From Cycas panzhihuaensis (Eukaryota > Plantae > Cycadophyta), in NCBI GenBank assembly GCA_023213395.1, contig CM041465.1, positions 88,915,741 through 88,979,740 of the forward strand: a stretch of DNA of 64,000 bases, written 5' to 3'. Positions within the stretch are counted from its first letter, which is position 1. The number at the start of each line of letters is the position of its first letter. The position numbers were made by a program, and so were the translations under genes. The notes under the pieces are model-generated. The model saw only the letters and a program-made list of their open reading frames with translations. It was not told where the DNA came from and did no database searches. Below, piece after piece: positions 63,358-64,000 of the stretch.

Positions 63358-64000
63358 TCCTCCCTAAGTTGAAAAGAATTCCTTCCCTATAAATTATTAT
63401 GATGAATTTCTTTCCATTTTTTAAAATTTAATAGCTTCAATTCTTCTTCGGTTATTCAGGTGTTATCTACTTATGGTAGACCTTTCCGTTACACTAGGTA
63501 CTTGTGTTATAATTTCCTTGTCGTGTACTTATTGTCTTTATATCTAATATCTACTCAATTTCTTCTCACTTATTCCTTAGTATTTCAAGCTTCTAACTTA
63601 CCACTTTGCTTTCATAATCTACCTCTTCATCTCCTTCATGATATGCATATAGATCCGAAACATTAAAAATAAGAAAGATGTCAAAGTATTCAGGGAGGTC
63701 CACCTCATATGAATTATCATTGATCCTTTTTAAAATCTAACATAGCCTAACCTTTTTGTATTTGAGATTGTTGTAGGTCCCTTGGAGGAATCTATCTTTC
63801 TTTAAGAAAACCATTACTAAGTCACCTTCTTCAAATACCTTATATCTACGAGTCTTATCTACTACTTCCTTATACTTTTTATTGGTGTCTTATAACATTT
63901 TCCTTACCTCCTCATGAACCAGTTGTATATTCTCTATATAAGCTTCTACATCATCACTCATATATTCCCCAATGGGTGGATGCACTAAATCTAGCACACT
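63358..64000 (-). mobile_element. second tandem copy J of the CRM-like gypsy element (integrase tail + chromodomain + PPT), runs off window end
   Basis: Aligns with 50315-50503 joined to 58137-58580 and carries a single CTAAT at the H insertion site. Confidence 0.93.

Overview
AT-rich eukaryotic (land-plant) nuclear DNA. The degenerate, heavily C->T-mutated LTR elements and the very long intron suggest a large genome such as a gymnosperm, but the species cannot be determined here. Only one host gene is visible: the first coding exon of a type-B cytokinin response regulator (ARR1/2-like) on the minus strand at 44003-44246, within a CpG-retaining island (~43.4-45.3 kb). I found no second exon in the 44 kb downstream (toward base 1), so that stretch appears to be one giant TE-filled intron. 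It holds nested, decayed Ty1/copia elements: A 1-3785; B ~7760-27088, interrupted by a solo LTR (8131-8603), C (9705-15632) and D (16955-24146); fragments G and F; and E 35413-40227. Exact 5-bp TSDs were read for C, D, E and the solo LTR. Upstream of the gene lies a CRM-like Ty3/gypsy chromovirus (49722-63357). It shares its LTR with a second tandem copy and is interrupted in its chromodomain by copia H (50504-58131), whose LTRs both end TG...TA. No intact TE ORF, RNA gene or CRISPR array was found. The most unusual observations are: tandem PBS arrays with unique spacers; twin PPT+TG motifs suggesting LTR replacement; a 3n-periodic coding-like repeat directly behind a copia PBS; and the non-canonical LTR termini. 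I see no convincing wholly new system; these are candidates for follow-up. All coordinates and identities were read by eye.
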